From the NCBI GenBank assembly GCA_052327205.1, contig CM126213.1, positions 79,546,001-79,610,000 on the forward strand: a stretch of DNA of 64,000 bases, read 5' to 3'. Under the pieces are notes generated by a model that was not told the DNA's origin, searched no databases, and worked only from the letters and a program-made list of their open reading frames with translations. The DNA is from Somniosus microcephalus. Taxonomy: Eukaryota. Below are positions 49,345 through 62,649 of this stretch, piece by piece. Within the stretch, counting starts at the first letter, position 1. Every line of letters begins with the position of its first letter. Both the position numbers and the translations under genes were made by a program.

Positions 49345-50019
49345 GGGGGAAAAATTCAGTTGGTTGCGCCACCCGTTAGCGCCTTAAGAGGGCGCTAAGT
49401 GGGGCGCAAACCAACTAGCGCCCGGGCGCGGCACTGCCCACGCCTCCCGCAAAATTCAGCAGGAGGTTAGTGGTGGCGCTAACCGTTAGCGCTGCGCCGC
49501 TGGTGATGACATCATCGATGTGCACAGCGCCCTGCTCATGCCCCGGCTGCGATCTTCCGGAGCGCCCCCTGATTTACCGCCAGACGCTATGTCCGGCAGG
49601 GTCAGGGTGGCGTACCTGCGGCCGGGGAGGTGCAAAATAAAGGTGAGGTGCGGGGCGGCCATTTTTGTTGTTGGCCACCTGCCTGCGCTCCCCTCCCCGG
49701 CCTCCGGAACCCCCCCCCCCGCAGAGTGCCGGCTGCGCTCCAAGAGCCCGGCACTTCTCTTGGGTGCCGGGCTCTTTTGCCTGCACTCCCGATCCCCGGG
49801 GGCCCAGCTGGGCCCCAGATTGCACTGCACAAGGCCCCTCCCCTTTAAGAAGGGGAGGAAGGCCTGCAATACTGCATGTAGCGCTGCGGCACGTAGCGCC
49901 ACGATATTCACTCGCACCGACCAATTTCCGGTGCGGGAGCGTTAATTTTTCCAGGGCGCTACTTTTAGCGCCCCGGCGAAGTTAGCGCCCCAATCGGGGC
50001 TATACTGAATTTCTCCCCC
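49345..50019 (+). mobile_element. Non-autonomous Harbinger (TTAGCGCC family)
   Basis: TIRs GGGGGA(A/G)AAATTCAGT with TSD ATT (49342-49344, 50020-50022). GC-rich, with internal hairpins such as CAAGAGCCCGGCAC...GTGCCGGGCTCTT. Confidence 0.9.
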
Positions 50020-51004
50020 ATTATCTCTAGAGCTTCCTTCTTCAGTAACGTTATATATAATGGACCCGAATTTGCTGCCAAAATAACAGTGAGTTTAATG
50101 GTGCTCACCGTTATTAATGTGTAAATCATTCAGCAACTTGTAGTGAGGAAGCGATCCCCCATGAATTGTGAATTATCACAAGTTGCTGGTTGATTTCTGC
50201 CGCTCCACTGTTTGCCTCGCAAAAACAGCAGCTCGCCCTCAACCTCCCCGTGAGTTTCATGCAATTGCTGCATTTGCACATTAATTGCTAATTAAATTGC
50301 CGCAGAAAGTTAGGGCTTGTACTTAACAGCGCAAGTACCTTTTTAATGAGCAAATTTATGTTCCTGCAATGCCACTCAACCTCTCCAGCCATAAAAGGGA
50401 ATGATTTAAACTGTGGAGTCTCATTCCCTACAGGTAGTAAGTTGTTAGAGATTTTTAAAATTTAATTTAAGATTACGTTGGGGGCGATTTTCCCAGCCCC
50501 GAGGAGGTGGGTTTGAGGTGGGACAGTTGGCAAAATTGCAAAAACTGAAGGCGGGTTCGGAACCCGCCTCCAACCCACCTCTGTGCAATTTTGCCGGAGG
50601 CGGTTTTGATGGGTGCGATTTGGTCCTGCCTCCATCAGTCGAGAGAGGTAGTTAAGACCCTTAAATAGTAGTTAAGGGCCTCTATAATCCTATTTTGACA
50701 GGCCTCATTATTTTACCACATTTTCAGCCTGTTCCACGACCCTCCTAAACCACGCCAGCTAAACCTGGCGGGTTGACAAGTGGGTGGCCTCCTCACAGCT
50801 GCAGCTCCACCATTAAAACGGAGCTTTCATCAGGGATCAGTTGCAGGTGACATAACTTTTGTTGCAAAGGTCTTTCAGCACTTTTAGTGGGCCTACCGAA
50901 GTCGGAGGTGCTGCAGCTTCTATCTCTCAACTGTGGGACATCCTTGGAAGACCCTCTCCCCGCTAGGACTGAGCGCTTCCCCAACGGAGGTATCTGCCAG
51001 GTGC

Positions 51005-52249
51005 ATGGGAACCATTTATTTCCTTTCACCATGGACCTCTGATTCGGATGAGGAGCAGCCACGGCAACAGCAGAACCAGGCAGCTCAGCAGCAACAGCAG
51101 CAGGAGCGCCAACCTCCTGCTCACCCACCTGATGCTGCACAGGGCAGAAGGTGCCAGCGTATGGAAGCACGTCGCCGCATGAAATACCCCCAACACAGGG
51201 TTTACAGAGAGAGGATGAGCTACCTCAACATGACTGAGCAGCAGTGCCAAAGGAGGCTGAGACTTTCGCGAGAGGTTGTCGGAGACATCTGCGCACTGCT
51301 GCACCAACACCTGGAGCCCAGAGGAGTGGGTGGACACCCCTTAACAGTGGCTGTCAAAGTCACCACCGCACTTAACTTTTTTGCCTCAGGCTCCTTCCAG
51401 GGATCATCAGCAGACATCAGCGGCATCTCCCAGTTGGCCACCCACAGTTGCATCACGCAGGTTACTGATGCCCTTTTTGCAAAGGCGCACAATTACATCC
51501 ACTTCTCAAGGGATCAAGCAAGTGTAACCGCACGTTCAGTTGGCTTTGCAAATAAGGCAGGCTTGCCAATGGTGCAGGGCATCATAGACTGCACACATGG
51601 GGCCCTTAGGGCACCCCATCAGAATCCAGCTATTTTTGTCAACCACAAGGGTTTCCACTCCCTCAACATACAGTTGGTGTGTAACCATAAGGAGGAGATT
51701 TTGCATGTTTGCGCCAGGTTCTGTGGTAGTTGCCATGACTCTTTCATCCTTTGGAACTCTCGTGTTCCTCCGCTTTTCAATCCACCAAACCAACTTAATG
51801 GATGGCTCCTTGGTGACAAGGGCTAACCCCTGAAGAAGTGGCTAATTACGCCGATCAGGAGGCCAGCTACCGAGGCTGAAGATCGCTACAACGCCAGCCA
51901 CATTTTGATCAGGTCCATCACCAAGCAAACCATTGGCTTGCTGAAGATGTGATTCCGATGCCTTGACAGATCAGGTGGAGCCCTGCAGTATTCAGCAGCC
52001 AGGGTCTCCAGAATGGTTGTAGTATGCTGTGCACTGCACAACATGGCACAGTGTCATGGCTTGCAGCTTCCTGATGATGAACTGGCTTGGTTCATAGCCT
52101 CCTCAGATGAGGATGAGGATGAGGAGGAGGTGGAGGAGGAGCAGGAGGAGGACCGAGCACCAGCGTATCGACCAGCAGCAGCGGCAGCACACGAGCACAT
52201 GGCTGCCCGTCATGTAAGGGATGCACTCATCCTGGCCAGGTGTGCATAG
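51005..52249 (+). pseudogene. Harbinger transposase pseudogene
   Basis: GIIDCTH, then GDKG* (TAA 51824-51826) and a second in-frame TGA at 51950-51952. The third catalytic Glu reads Lys (ITKQTIG). CCALHN and an acidic tail follow. Confidence 0.92.
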
Positions 52250-52499
52250 GTTGCCATTTTGGCACATGTCCTTGGCTCCATCTTAACACATGATAGACAA
52301 TGGACATGACTCTCTGGCCTCCTTTCATTCTGGCCACCAACCTGACCACGTAAGTGTTGCGGAACCCGCAATGTGGAGCTGGCTAAGTCAAAATAACAGA
52401 TGCCACCACGCCAACAGTTTGCCATCAAATTATTTTTATACTTTCAAACAGGGATGGCATTTCGTTAATAAACAGAAACAATCACCTAAGTGGCTACCC

Positions 52500-54399
52500 C
52501 TATGACTAATGGTGCTTTATTTTTCTCTTATGTGTGCTCCTGCGTGGTGCTCCCCCTGTGGCTTCAGCAGAAGTGGAGGCCCCTTGCTCACTTTGATGCT
52601 GCTCCTGCTTCGACACCTTTGGCGGGTGTCTTCTGGGTTTACGAGCCTGTGAGGGCTCGCCAAACGTCTGCTACGGCAGTGCAGGGGCTGAGACGCCCAT
52701 CTCAGTTGGGTGCGGACTCTGGTGGGGCTCTGACTGAGGGCTACGCATTGTCATGGAAGTGTGAGCGCTTGGAGAGGAGACCCCACTTCCTTGTTCTCTG
52801 CCACCAACTTCCCTCTCATGGGTCAGGTCCACCTCAGCGCTTGCAAGTGGCTTGAGAACACCTTGCTGCACATCAGGGGGGCCATGGGGACCCGTATCTG
52901 CACTGGCAGTCCTACTCAAAAGGACTTCCATGAAGCTCTGGTTTCGCTGTTCATAGCTGCTCATGGCTCCTCCAGAGATGTCAGTCTATTCTGAACAATG
53001 ACCATGTTTTCCTGACTCTGGCGACTTATTTCATCCATGGCCATAGGTTGCCATCCTTTCCATGGTGCTGCGTATATGCGCCATTGCCTCCCCAATGTCA
53101 CTGGTCATGTTAGAGTTGGACGCCTCCATCCTCTTCACACTCACAGTGACCCTGGAGACAAGACCTGTCAGAGACTCCTGCACCTGCTCCTGGAGTTCTA
53201 GCATCGCTCTCCTTCTGGATGGACCCAGAGGCACAGGGTCCACATGCAGTGGAGCAGAGCTAGGAGAGTCCTGCGACCTCCGCCGAGGACTCTCTATTGC
53301 TGTTCCTGTCTCCAACACCTGCTGATGCTCACCTGTGAGATGTGATACACACGGTGACAACACTAATCTATGTCCTGAAGGTCCCACCAAGGTGTGCATA
53401 TCTGCGCTGGTGCTGGGTGCGCTTACATCTGCTGACGCTGCGTCCTCAGAGGTTGCAGGTTTCCCTGAGGAGTCTTGCTGCTCAGCCTCTTCCTCGTCGA
53501 CAGTGGGGTGGGGCTCTGTGGATGGTCCTGTGGGGGAGCAAAGGCATGGGTTAGACATTTGATGGAAGTGTGGCATACACATGCAATGGTGCAGATGCTC
53601 AAGTGGCAGTCTAATAATGTACACCAGCAGCCATTTCAGTCACTCAAGCAGTGTAAATGAGAGCAAGGCAAAACTATTCTGTCACCAGCTTGCTCTGCCT
53701 CGCCCGTCTGTCCGTCCCCCACTTCCACCTCTGTGCTGGCGATGTCCAGGGCCGTCTCTTCAGCCTGGGTGAGATGGGCTAGGGAAGGTGGCCCTCCTCC
53801 TGTCTTCGCCCTTTCCCTTCTATTGTGGGCTCTCTTTTCCTGCAGTGAGGGAGACAAGTGGAGTTGGAGTGAGAATGATGGAGTGAGTGTAGAGAGTCCA
53901 GAGCATAGATGCATAGAAGGAGACAAAGATGGAGTGAGGTTCCATGTCCAAGGGCCCTCCCTGTGCATTCTTGGTCATTGTCATTGCATAACATTGAAAG
54001 GGAGTGTGAGGGAAGCATAGTCGAATCGTGAAGTGATTGGGTTCATAGAGTGGGAGGGATGGTGAAGGGTGCAAGGGTTGTAAGGGTAAAGTGGGATGTG
54101 GAGGAAGAGGTTGACAATGCAGAGTGCTGGTGATGAGAGGAGAAGGGGAGCAGAAGGAGGGTCAAGCTGAAGGTATACTCACTTTGCCTGATCTTACAAG
54201 GTCATTGAACCTTTTATATTCATGTTCTGCTGCACACTGATCTGGAGGTGATGTCCCTTGCCAGCTGTAACCACACAGCCTTGGTTTCTTTGGGAGATGA
54301 GGAGAAGAACACCTCCCTGCTGACTCTCGCCCCCTCAACCAGCATTCCCAGTGCCTCATCGGAGAACCTCGGCGAGGCCCTTGCCTTGGAGTTGGCCAT
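52500..54399 (-). pseudogene. Harbinger Myb/SANT gene, 3 exons (54399-54183, 53839-53686, 53527-about 52500), disrupted
   Basis: MANSKARASPRFSDEAL...VWLQLA...KRFNDLVRSGK with a stop and frameshift in exon 1. Splice positions correspond to those of the 43199-45139 gene. Confidence 0.8.
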
Positions 54400-54858
54400 T
54401 GTTGAAGCAGATAAAAGTTTGGAGGTGGTGCAGCATCGACCAAAAACCAGTGGAATGAGCCAAGGCAGCAAGCAGCCCTTAACTGAAGCTGGAAAAGTGA
54501 CGTCAGCAGAGGCGAGTTTCAGTCCCAAAACATTAACTGACCTCTGAAATCAACTGGCCAATTAGGGAAAAATCGCTATTTTTTTCCACCTCTCAGTGGA
54601 GGCGGGTTTGGAACCCACCCAAACCAAAACCCGCCTCCATTGGGAAATTCACGCCCCTTGACTCCAAATCTTCCTTTCCCTCTCTTTATTTCTCTTACTG
54701 TACCTGATTTGACTTGAATTCATTTACTCTAATTCACCCTCCTTCTCTGTCATTCCTTGAGTGAGGGGAAAAGTCTAACTAATGGAGCACGCTGCAAGAT
54801 GCCCATTCCAGCAAATTCTGGGCCAATATATTCTCCACTGAAAATGTTTCCTTATATA

Positions 54859-55471
54859 GGGCAGAGTTTCAATAGCTCCCGCAGCTGCTCCGAGCCAGAA
54901 AGTCAATACATGGTGTGACACTATTCCTTTAATTCCTGAGGTGATCTTAAAATTGCACGCTTTATTTAATAGTGGTGACTGTTTGTGAGGAGAGCAAGAA
55001 CACATGGAAGGGCGTGAAGCTGCGGTACTTACGTGATAGATACCCACTAAACATGCTAGATAAAGTTAGGGCTTGTCCATTCAAGTCTAAGTGAATTTTT
55101 AATGGGGTGATAAGTCTTAATTACTGCCAAACAACCTCTCTGGCACTGAAAATTAACTTTTCCAAGTGTGGAGTCTCATTCCTTCAGCTTTTAATTATTG
55201 TTGGAGATTTTTTAAAATTAAAATAATTTTTAAAAACTTTTTCTTTGTCATTTTTATCTCTCTCTCTCTTAATCCCATCTTTCTTTTCCTATTTATTTTG
55301 CTTCCTGTACATAATTTTACATTGAATTAAATAGTCCAACTTACACACGCTGTTGTGGCTCTCTAATTACCACAAGTTCCAGTGCAAAAGTCCACAGAAA
55401 GTCTGTGCGTAAGTGCAAGTGTAATGAATAGTGAGCGCCGTTCGTTTGCAGCTGATCGCAAAATCTGGGCC
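54859..55471. mobile_element. Non-autonomous element related to 50062-54824
   Basis: Shares aaagttagggcttgt and tgtggagtctcattcct...gagattttt blocks with 50305-50460, and ends in AAAATCTGGGCC. The left boundary is uncertain. Confidence 0.6.
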
Positions 55472-55811
55472 AATGTTTTGTGCCCTAATGAACAACACTA
55501 GTCCAACAAATTATGATGTTAACCCTGTTTATCAACAGCACAGCAGTAATAACATTTTGTTCCATTTGTCCTAATGAACTATGGCCAAATGCCAAAAGTA
55601 ATGAATTATGGATAGTTCTTGTATTGTGGATTCATACCCCTGGAGCTGGGTTAAGACTGTACAGATTCATTTTATTCATATCCCTTACTAACCATAAGTG
55701 AGAGATCGTTAACCCATCAATCCGAGCTAAAGGTGAAATGAGTATTCTATTTCTCTGTACTAAGCCAGTTTTCCATGAAAAAATCAGTCATATTTGCATC
55801 TACAATATTGT

Positions 55812-56786
55812 GGGGTAGAAATTGGACCTTGTTGCACCATAAAACAGGCACAACAACCATTTCTGGAGACCAACGCCTCAAGGATGTCTGAAAGACATCA
55901 ACCCGATATTGGGTCGAGGCATGTTCAGGTGTCAGGGCGGCCACTAAGACAGGCGTTGGCTTCTTGCATATGCTAATGAGGAGCCGAAGGCCTGTTTTAG
56001 GACCGATGAGTGACACTGGGCTGCTCTGAGCGAAGCAGGCGCGACCCCGCTCTGCTCAGATTTTCTAGGTGTAGATGCAGCCTACCAAGTGGCCGACACC
56101 AGAAAAGGTGAGCGTTTACTTAGGTTTGACATGGAGCAACGAGGCGTTGGAGCGATCCTCCCCGCCAGGTTGAAGCGGATCGGCAGCTGGTGGGAAAAAA
56201 AGACTTGCATTTATATAGCGCCTTTCACGACCACCGGACGTCTCAAAGCACTTTGCAGGCAATTAAGTACTTTTGCAGTGTAATCACTGTTGTCATGTGG
56301 GAAACGTAGCAGCCAATTTGTGCACAGCAAGCTCCCACAAACAGCAATGTGATAATGACCAGATAATCTGTTTTGGTTATGTTGGTTGAGGGAGAAAATA
56401 TTGGCCAGGACACATTTGGGAAGGATGATGAGGCCCTATAGTGAAGTCAAAAATTTCCTTTGTGGGGCCAGGAGGAGAAGGAGTGCACCTCCAGGTTGCG
56501 CCTCCCCCCCCCACCACCCCCCCGCCTCAGACTCCCCCACCCATCCTTCCCTCCTGGAAGATCCTCCTGAAAACCCCTCCCCGCTATTTACCTGGAGGCC
56601 GGCGGGTGACAAAGGCCACTCGATCAGGCAGCCGTTCTGAATGCTCTTCACACCTGTTCCAGACGGGATGTTTATTGGCAGCACCTAAATGAGACCCAGC
56701 AGGTAAAATTGCCATGGCCTCCTGCTGCGCCTAGCGGGAGGAAAATTAACTCACCGCTGGAAACCAGCTCAGAGTTAAAATCCACC
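55812..56786. mobile_element. Probable decayed Harbinger-type non-autonomous element(s) containing a SINE
   Basis: Starts GGGGTAGAAATTGG and ends AAAATCCACC. The ggaggagaaggagtgcacctcc hairpin is also seen near 12940-12965. No clean TSD. Confidence 0.45.
56195..56410 (-). mobile_element. DeuSINE-like SINE, 3' half
   Basis: The minus strand has gagcttgctgtgcacaaattggctgc and the L2-type tail aaaggcgctatataaatgcaagtc. Confidence 0.7.
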
Positions 56787-56874
56787 TGATTATCTGTACC
56801 GGTTTGGTGGTTTAATTAGACTTAGCTTGGGTTCTTTTCAGCTAATGACAGATGGGAGTTAAATCACACCCAGT

Positions 56875-57581
56875 AAACATAGAAACATGTAAGATAGGAG
56901 TAGGAGTAGGCCATTCGGCCCCTCGAGCCTGCTCCGCCATTCAATGAGATCATGGCTGATCATCCAAATTCAGTACCCTGTCCCTGCTTTCTCCCCATAT
57001 CCCTTGATCCTTTTAGCCTTAAGAAATATATCCAACTCCTTCTTGAATATATTTAATGAATTGGCCTCTACTGCCTTCTGATGGTAGAGAATTCCACAGG
57101 TTCGCCACTCTCTGGGTGAAGAAATTCCTCCTCATTTCTGTCCTAAATGGCTTACCCCTTATCCTTAGACTGTGACACCTGGTTCTGGACACCCCGACCA
57201 TCGGGAACATCCTTCCTGCATCTAGTCTGTCCAGTCCTGTCAGAATTTTCTAAGTTTCAATGAGATCCCCTCTCATTCTTCTAAACTCCAGTGAGTATAA
57301 GCCCATTCGACCCGATCTCTCCTCATATGTCATTCCTGCCATCCCAGGTATCAGCCTGGTGAATCTTCACTGCACTCCCTCCATGGCAAGACATCCTTCC
57401 TCAGATAAGGCGACCAAAACTGCACACAATACTCAAGATGTGGTCTCACCAAGGCCTTGTACAACTGCAGCAAGACATCCTTGTTCCTGTACTCAAACCC
57501 TCTCGCTATGAAGGCCACCATACCATTTGCCTTCTTAACCGCCTGCTGCACCTGCATACTTACCTTCAGCGACTGGTGCAC
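56875..57581 (-). mobile_element. CR1 LINE 3' fragment, same family as 36666-37887
   Basis: QQAVKKANGMVAFIARGFEY...LVRPHLEYCVQFWSP with the same 3' tail. Confidence 0.92.
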
Positions 57582-58289
57582 AAGGCAGATTCATTAACCC
57601 ATTTGCTGACTACAGTCAGTACATTTATCAACAAAGCATAATTGTGGTGCATTAACATGCACTTTGAGAAGGAATATTTGTTTCAATTTCCAGACATATT
57701 TAATGTGCAAAGTTAGATATTAATTTAAAGGAATGTCTTCTGAAATTAATTCCCACTCAAAATTACAATACTTTCCAAATGTAAATGCAATCTTCGTGGG
57801 AGTCTGGACTCAGATTTGCCAGGTTTTCTGACTGAACAGCGCCAGATTTTAAGGGAATAGCCTGCTCAAGAATTGCTCCTAGGTTTTCATTTAATGCAAC
57901 AAAAACTTGCATTTAATGGTGCCTTTAATGCCAAAAAACAGCCCAAGTGCTTCACAGGGGAAAAAACGTCATCAGTGACAGAAATGATCCCCCATTAGAG
58001 AAGCAGGACTAGAAGTGATAATGAGAAGTTAATAATACTGGCGGGGCCCATCAGCATTTGACTTGGTGGCTTTTAACTTAATTGTGTAACGACTTCATAA
58101 CTGATAAGCAACAAGTGAAGAGTTCTCTGATAACAAGTGAAACGAGACCATTGGAATTAGGGTTGCCAAACCTCCTGCGTGCTGCTGCTGGCAACTCGGG
58201 AGAAGTGTTTGTTGCATGGTTAGTTCGTGCATGCGCGTAATTGGGAGTGTCGGCACTTGCAGCCAATCAGCTGGTTGCCCCCCCCCACT

Positions 58290-58480
58290 AATCTATTTAT
58301 CCCTCAATCAACATCACTAAAACAGATTATCTAGTCATTATCATATTGCTGTTTGTGGGAGCTTGCTGTGCGTAAATTGGCTGCTGCGTCTACACAACAG
58401 TGACTGCACTTCAAAAAATTGGCTGTAAGGCACTTTGGGACGTTCGGTGGTCGTGAAGGCACTATATATATGCAAGTCTT
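58290..58480 (+). mobile_element. DeuSINE-like SINE, 3' half
   Basis: Reverse-complement match to 56195-56410. Confidence 0.7.
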
Positions 58481-58699
58481 TTTTAACTTGGGGAGGAATG
58501 TCATTTTTTTAAAAACGTGTTGAAAGAATTAATGGTGACCTGGGAGAAAATTACTTTTGTACCCGTGCTTCGTGCCTGGGCGCTTTCATGGCCCAAACTC
58601 TTAATTCCTGCCTCGCGCCAAACCAAAGAGAGAGAGAGCGAGAGAGAGAGATTTGCAAGGGAGGGAATTGTAAATTCAGTGTAATCTACAAATAAACAA

Positions 58700-59030
58700 G
58701 ACCTATTATGTAGAGACGGCTGAAAACACTTAGCAGGCCAGAAGCGTCTGTACGGAATGGAAAATGTCAATGTTTCAAGTTTAGCCCTTCATGTAGGTAT
58801 TACAGATAAAGAGTGTGCAAGAAGGAACGTAGCAAGGGTCAAGGGAAACGGGCTGGAGGAACACATACACAAGAAAAAAATTGATTGGGTGGAGAAGAGA
58901 CTGTCAGAACTGATAATGGCATAAGATAATAGGTGATATGGAGAGAGAGACGAGGGAGATAAAAGGCATATACGAGATGCAGAGAATGTGTGAATTGTTA
59001 AAACAGGTTAGCTAAATTACTGGGGGGGAA
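58700..59030 (-). mobile_element. Old PLE terminal-repeat remnant
   Basis: ctgaaaacacttagcaggccag...tcaatgtttcaagtttagcccttcat resembles the PLE end and decayed hammerhead at 2843-2940, followed by a purine-rich tract. Confidence 0.5.
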
Positions 59031-62000
59031 AGCATGCAAACCTGGCAGCCATCTCCTGTTATGTGCCCAATCAATTCAACAGCACATTTGTTGTTCTTTT
59101 CTTATGTCTGTCCTCTGTCCAAGTACAGGTTTAAGAAGAAAGAAACTGCACTCAACTACAGGGGATACATCCTTTATAAAGCGGGTGCAATAACATTTGC
59201 AAACTGCAGCAATTGGGTATCACGTGATTGGGCGTTATGTGACTGGGTGTGATGTGACTGGGTGTCATGTGATCAAATCTCCAGGAATATGTCCAGCCAG
59301 AGTTGGCGACCCTAATTGTAATGCAAAGAAGTGTCACAAGGGTATAAGCTATTTGTTTTATGTTAATGCCATTTCAATTTAAAATGTAAACTGCAATTTT
59401 GATGTACTGAACTTTGGAGCTATTACTTTGTGTGTGTGTAATCAGATTTTGAGTGCCCAATTGTTACTGTGCACACACAACTGAAAGGTTTGGGTTTACA
59501 TTCTAATAAAATGGTAATGAAAGCATGCTGTTCGGTACTAATGCTGTCTTCCAATGGTGAGTGTGGATAGAGCTACTTGTTATTCTGGATGAAAACTAAT
59601 ACAGAAGTAACACATTTCTTGTGTAAATTGAAGTGTGAAACAGGCTCTTATTGATTAAAAGCATGAAAGTGTTGACAGGACCACACTGGAGCAGAGCATG
59701 AGCAATTAGGGAGTAATTGTCTCTTAATCCCAACCTGTTTTAAATTCATCTAAAGGTATCACTTATAAATTATTTCTAAAGTAAAAAGTTAAAAACTTGT
59801 ACAACTAAAAAAAAATGATTTCCTTACTATCACATTTTATTTCTATTGCTTAACTCAATTTTTTTTGGATTGAAGCCCATTTTAAGATGAATTGAACTGC
59901 TGAATGAACGCAGCTGCATTCAGAACTTTTAATAACTCCAGGCAACAGGCCTGGCTGTGTATTGCTTGGATTAAGTGTCCGTTTTGACTAACATGACATG
60001 TTTAAAATTTTTTGCAGATTTATTTAATGGAATTTTAATTTACAGGGGGGTCAATGACAATACCATCTGAGGCATCTATTTGTCTGACAGATCGACAGGC
60101 CCAGATTGACCCGGGTCCATTTTCTTCATGCTTTTGGATTCGATAAAAGACAAAAATGGACTCATTTGAAAGAAGACATTGTATCCATTAGCTAATTTGC
60201 CCCTTATATTCTTACTTCTGCTGTGGTTACCTGAGACCCTACCTCCTACACCCTCACACCTGCTAGACAGACACTTGAGGTACTGCGGCACATCCTTCCA
60301 ACTGTAAGGGGCCAAATTTCCAGCTTATTGTACTGTCCCCCGGGCTGCTCACATTCCACATTTTGTTTCTAGCATGAAGGATGTTGTTTTAAATCATAAT
60401 AGTAACCAGGCTGTAATCACATTATAGCACACATGGAGAACTTGCAAAGATCATGTGTTTCAGATTTGACATTCTGATTTATGGTTGTGTGCTCCAGTTA
60501 CACAGCTGCAATCTCATTTCCGAACAAAGATGGTTTTTATTTTTCTATTACTTTGCTCCAGCCCTTTCCTTTCAGTGGGGGGAAATGTACACCACCAGTT
60601 AAAGTCATAATACAAGCACAATTATGCTTATTCTTTTCACTTGGCAATAACACTACGTACTCTGTAGAACAATGACAGTACCTCTTGATAAGCAGATACG
60701 CTTACAAATAATTATTCAAATCGGTCCAAAAGTGCCTTTTTACACAAGCTAATCTTTGCCGAAAGTGGGTTATCATTTTAAATGAACCAAAGGAAAAAAA
60801 ACAGTGCTATGTTCTCTGTACTTATGAGCCCCTAACCTTGATTAAATTTACTTTATTATTTTGGCACTAATTAGGAGATTGGCCTGAGCAAAGCACACTC
60901 AAACTGATCTGATTTTAGATTGACCATATAAGGAGTTTGCATTTAAATACACAAACAACAGTATCAGCCACAAACTGGCTGTTTGGGGAGTGTTCCATAA
61001 ATTAGTAGAAGGGGTTGGAGCCAAAATCAGTCACTAAAAACAAGTAAGAATTTTTCTTACTCGCTAGTGGTACATTTGCATTCCACAAACAGAACCACTT
61101 CAAGTAGAAGCTCTGTATGCTGGTATCAGCCCTGTTTACACTATGGGGCGATACCAAAACACCTGTGGTAAAAAAAAATTGCACAATTACTTAAAAAAGT
61201 CTCAATTGCAACTTTAATTTTCTAGCCTCAGACCTCCCTTGATGTCAGCAGAAATGTTATCCAGCCAGCAATTCAAAAATCACTCAACCCACCTGCAGCT
61301 CGAAGAAATGGCAGCCTGTGGCAGCTCACGTTACAAGAGGCAGCATTTACGTTTGCCCCGGGTTTAATTTGGCTCAATCAGTGGGGGAAAGAAACGCTTC
61401 CAGAGACGGGTGCCCATATTGCATCTCCTTCATGTTACAGTGCTGTCCCTGGAGTCGGGCTGCCCATGGTGTCTGGGCTATAATATAAATGAAGCATAAT
61501 TCATCCACCACTTCACAGTTTCACACATGTCCTGCAAAATTGAGAATCCTTCACATTCAAGGAATGTATACAGAATACGTCCAGATTATTTTTATGTGAC
61601 AGAGCATTATGGTATGGGGTCGATTTTCTGAGTCCCCATGCCATTGTGCAGTCAGCAAATTTCAGGGAATTGATTTTCCAATATCAGTTGGCTCTGTTCA
61701 AAGCCTTGCTGTCAGCAAAATGATATTATAAAATTGACCTTCATATGCCACTAATACGATAAAGCATCTTCCAATGTAAACATCAGGTTTAAGTCCATAC
61801 AGGTCAGCAGTGGTGAAAGTACATTGTGGATTGGCCTTTATTGGGCAGGGTGGGAGGTCAATCTGGCTATGGTGGTCTCATGCACACCCCCATATCCTGT
61901 GCAAGCTCAGGCAACAGAAACTGTTCATCTTTACTGCCAGCGGCACCCTGTGGTCGGAAGGATCCCAGGAACTCTTTCCCGAAGAGGGTTTTGATGCCTC

Positions 62001-62649
62001 CTATGGCATCATTTAATGGAGATTCCTCTGATGTCTAAAGCCGTATCTGAGTCAATTTTGTATAGCAAATGGGACATGAATCTTCTATTATTAGTTTTCT
62101 GGGGCTGCCTCCAGGCAAAAGATAATGGAAAGACAACAATTTAATATAATCAATGACTATATAATATTATTGTATACGTTCAACTAGAATACTCTATGAT
62201 CAAATCTTTAGGCATCGGCAACTTGCTCTAAGACATAACCTGATTCTGTATTTACTTTTTAAATTGAAACCAAAAATATAATTTCGGCTCAGTGGTTTTT
62301 TTTCTCTGCTAATTTTCTCCTCTCCTTTCCTGAAGGCGTTTACTCCTTACTGAATAACGTCCCACAGACGCCAGGTGCTCTCAGGTACTTCACTAAATTA
62401 CAATTATTATGCTTGTGTAAGCTTTCAGTGTTTGTAAACCAGCTATTTGACCACAGAGGGTAAAACAGCTGAGTCCAATCATGTTCTTACCCAACATCCA
62501 TTTCCAGCAGGGATCACAGACTAGCAATCAGGAGCAAGATCCATGCCAATTCCCCTCCCTAACGCAGTGTAGGCACTGAAAGGCAATTGTAGCATCCATA
62601 CTGCTACCCAGCCCGAGAACAACTAACTCAGCACAACCCATTCATGTCA

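Larger units (their letters stand above)
50481..54657 (+). mobile_element. Full-length pseudogenised PIF/Harbinger transposon (second family)
   Basis: TIRs GGGGCGATTTTCCCA / TGGGAAATTCACGCCCC with TSD TTG (50478-50480, 54658-54660). Convergent transposase and Myb/SANT genes, and ACCCGCC subterminal motifs. Confidence 0.93.
50062..54824. mobile_element. Non-autonomous Harbinger-type element split by the 50481-54657 insertion
   Basis: TIRs GGACCCGAATTTGCTG / CAGCAAATTCTGGGCC with TSD AAT (50059-50061, 54825-54827). Confidence 0.8.
58158..59314. mobile_element. Non-autonomous hAT element containing nested SINE and PLE remnants
   Basis: TIRs TAGGGTTGCCAA / TTGGCGACCCTA with 8-bp flanks ATTGGAAT (58150-58157) and ATTGTAAT (59315-59322), 7/8 identical. 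Confidence 0.75.

Noticed and set aside
59220-59273. 15-bp tandem repeat as a separate functional element
   Set aside because: It is short, degenerate and inside the hAT element's subterminal region.
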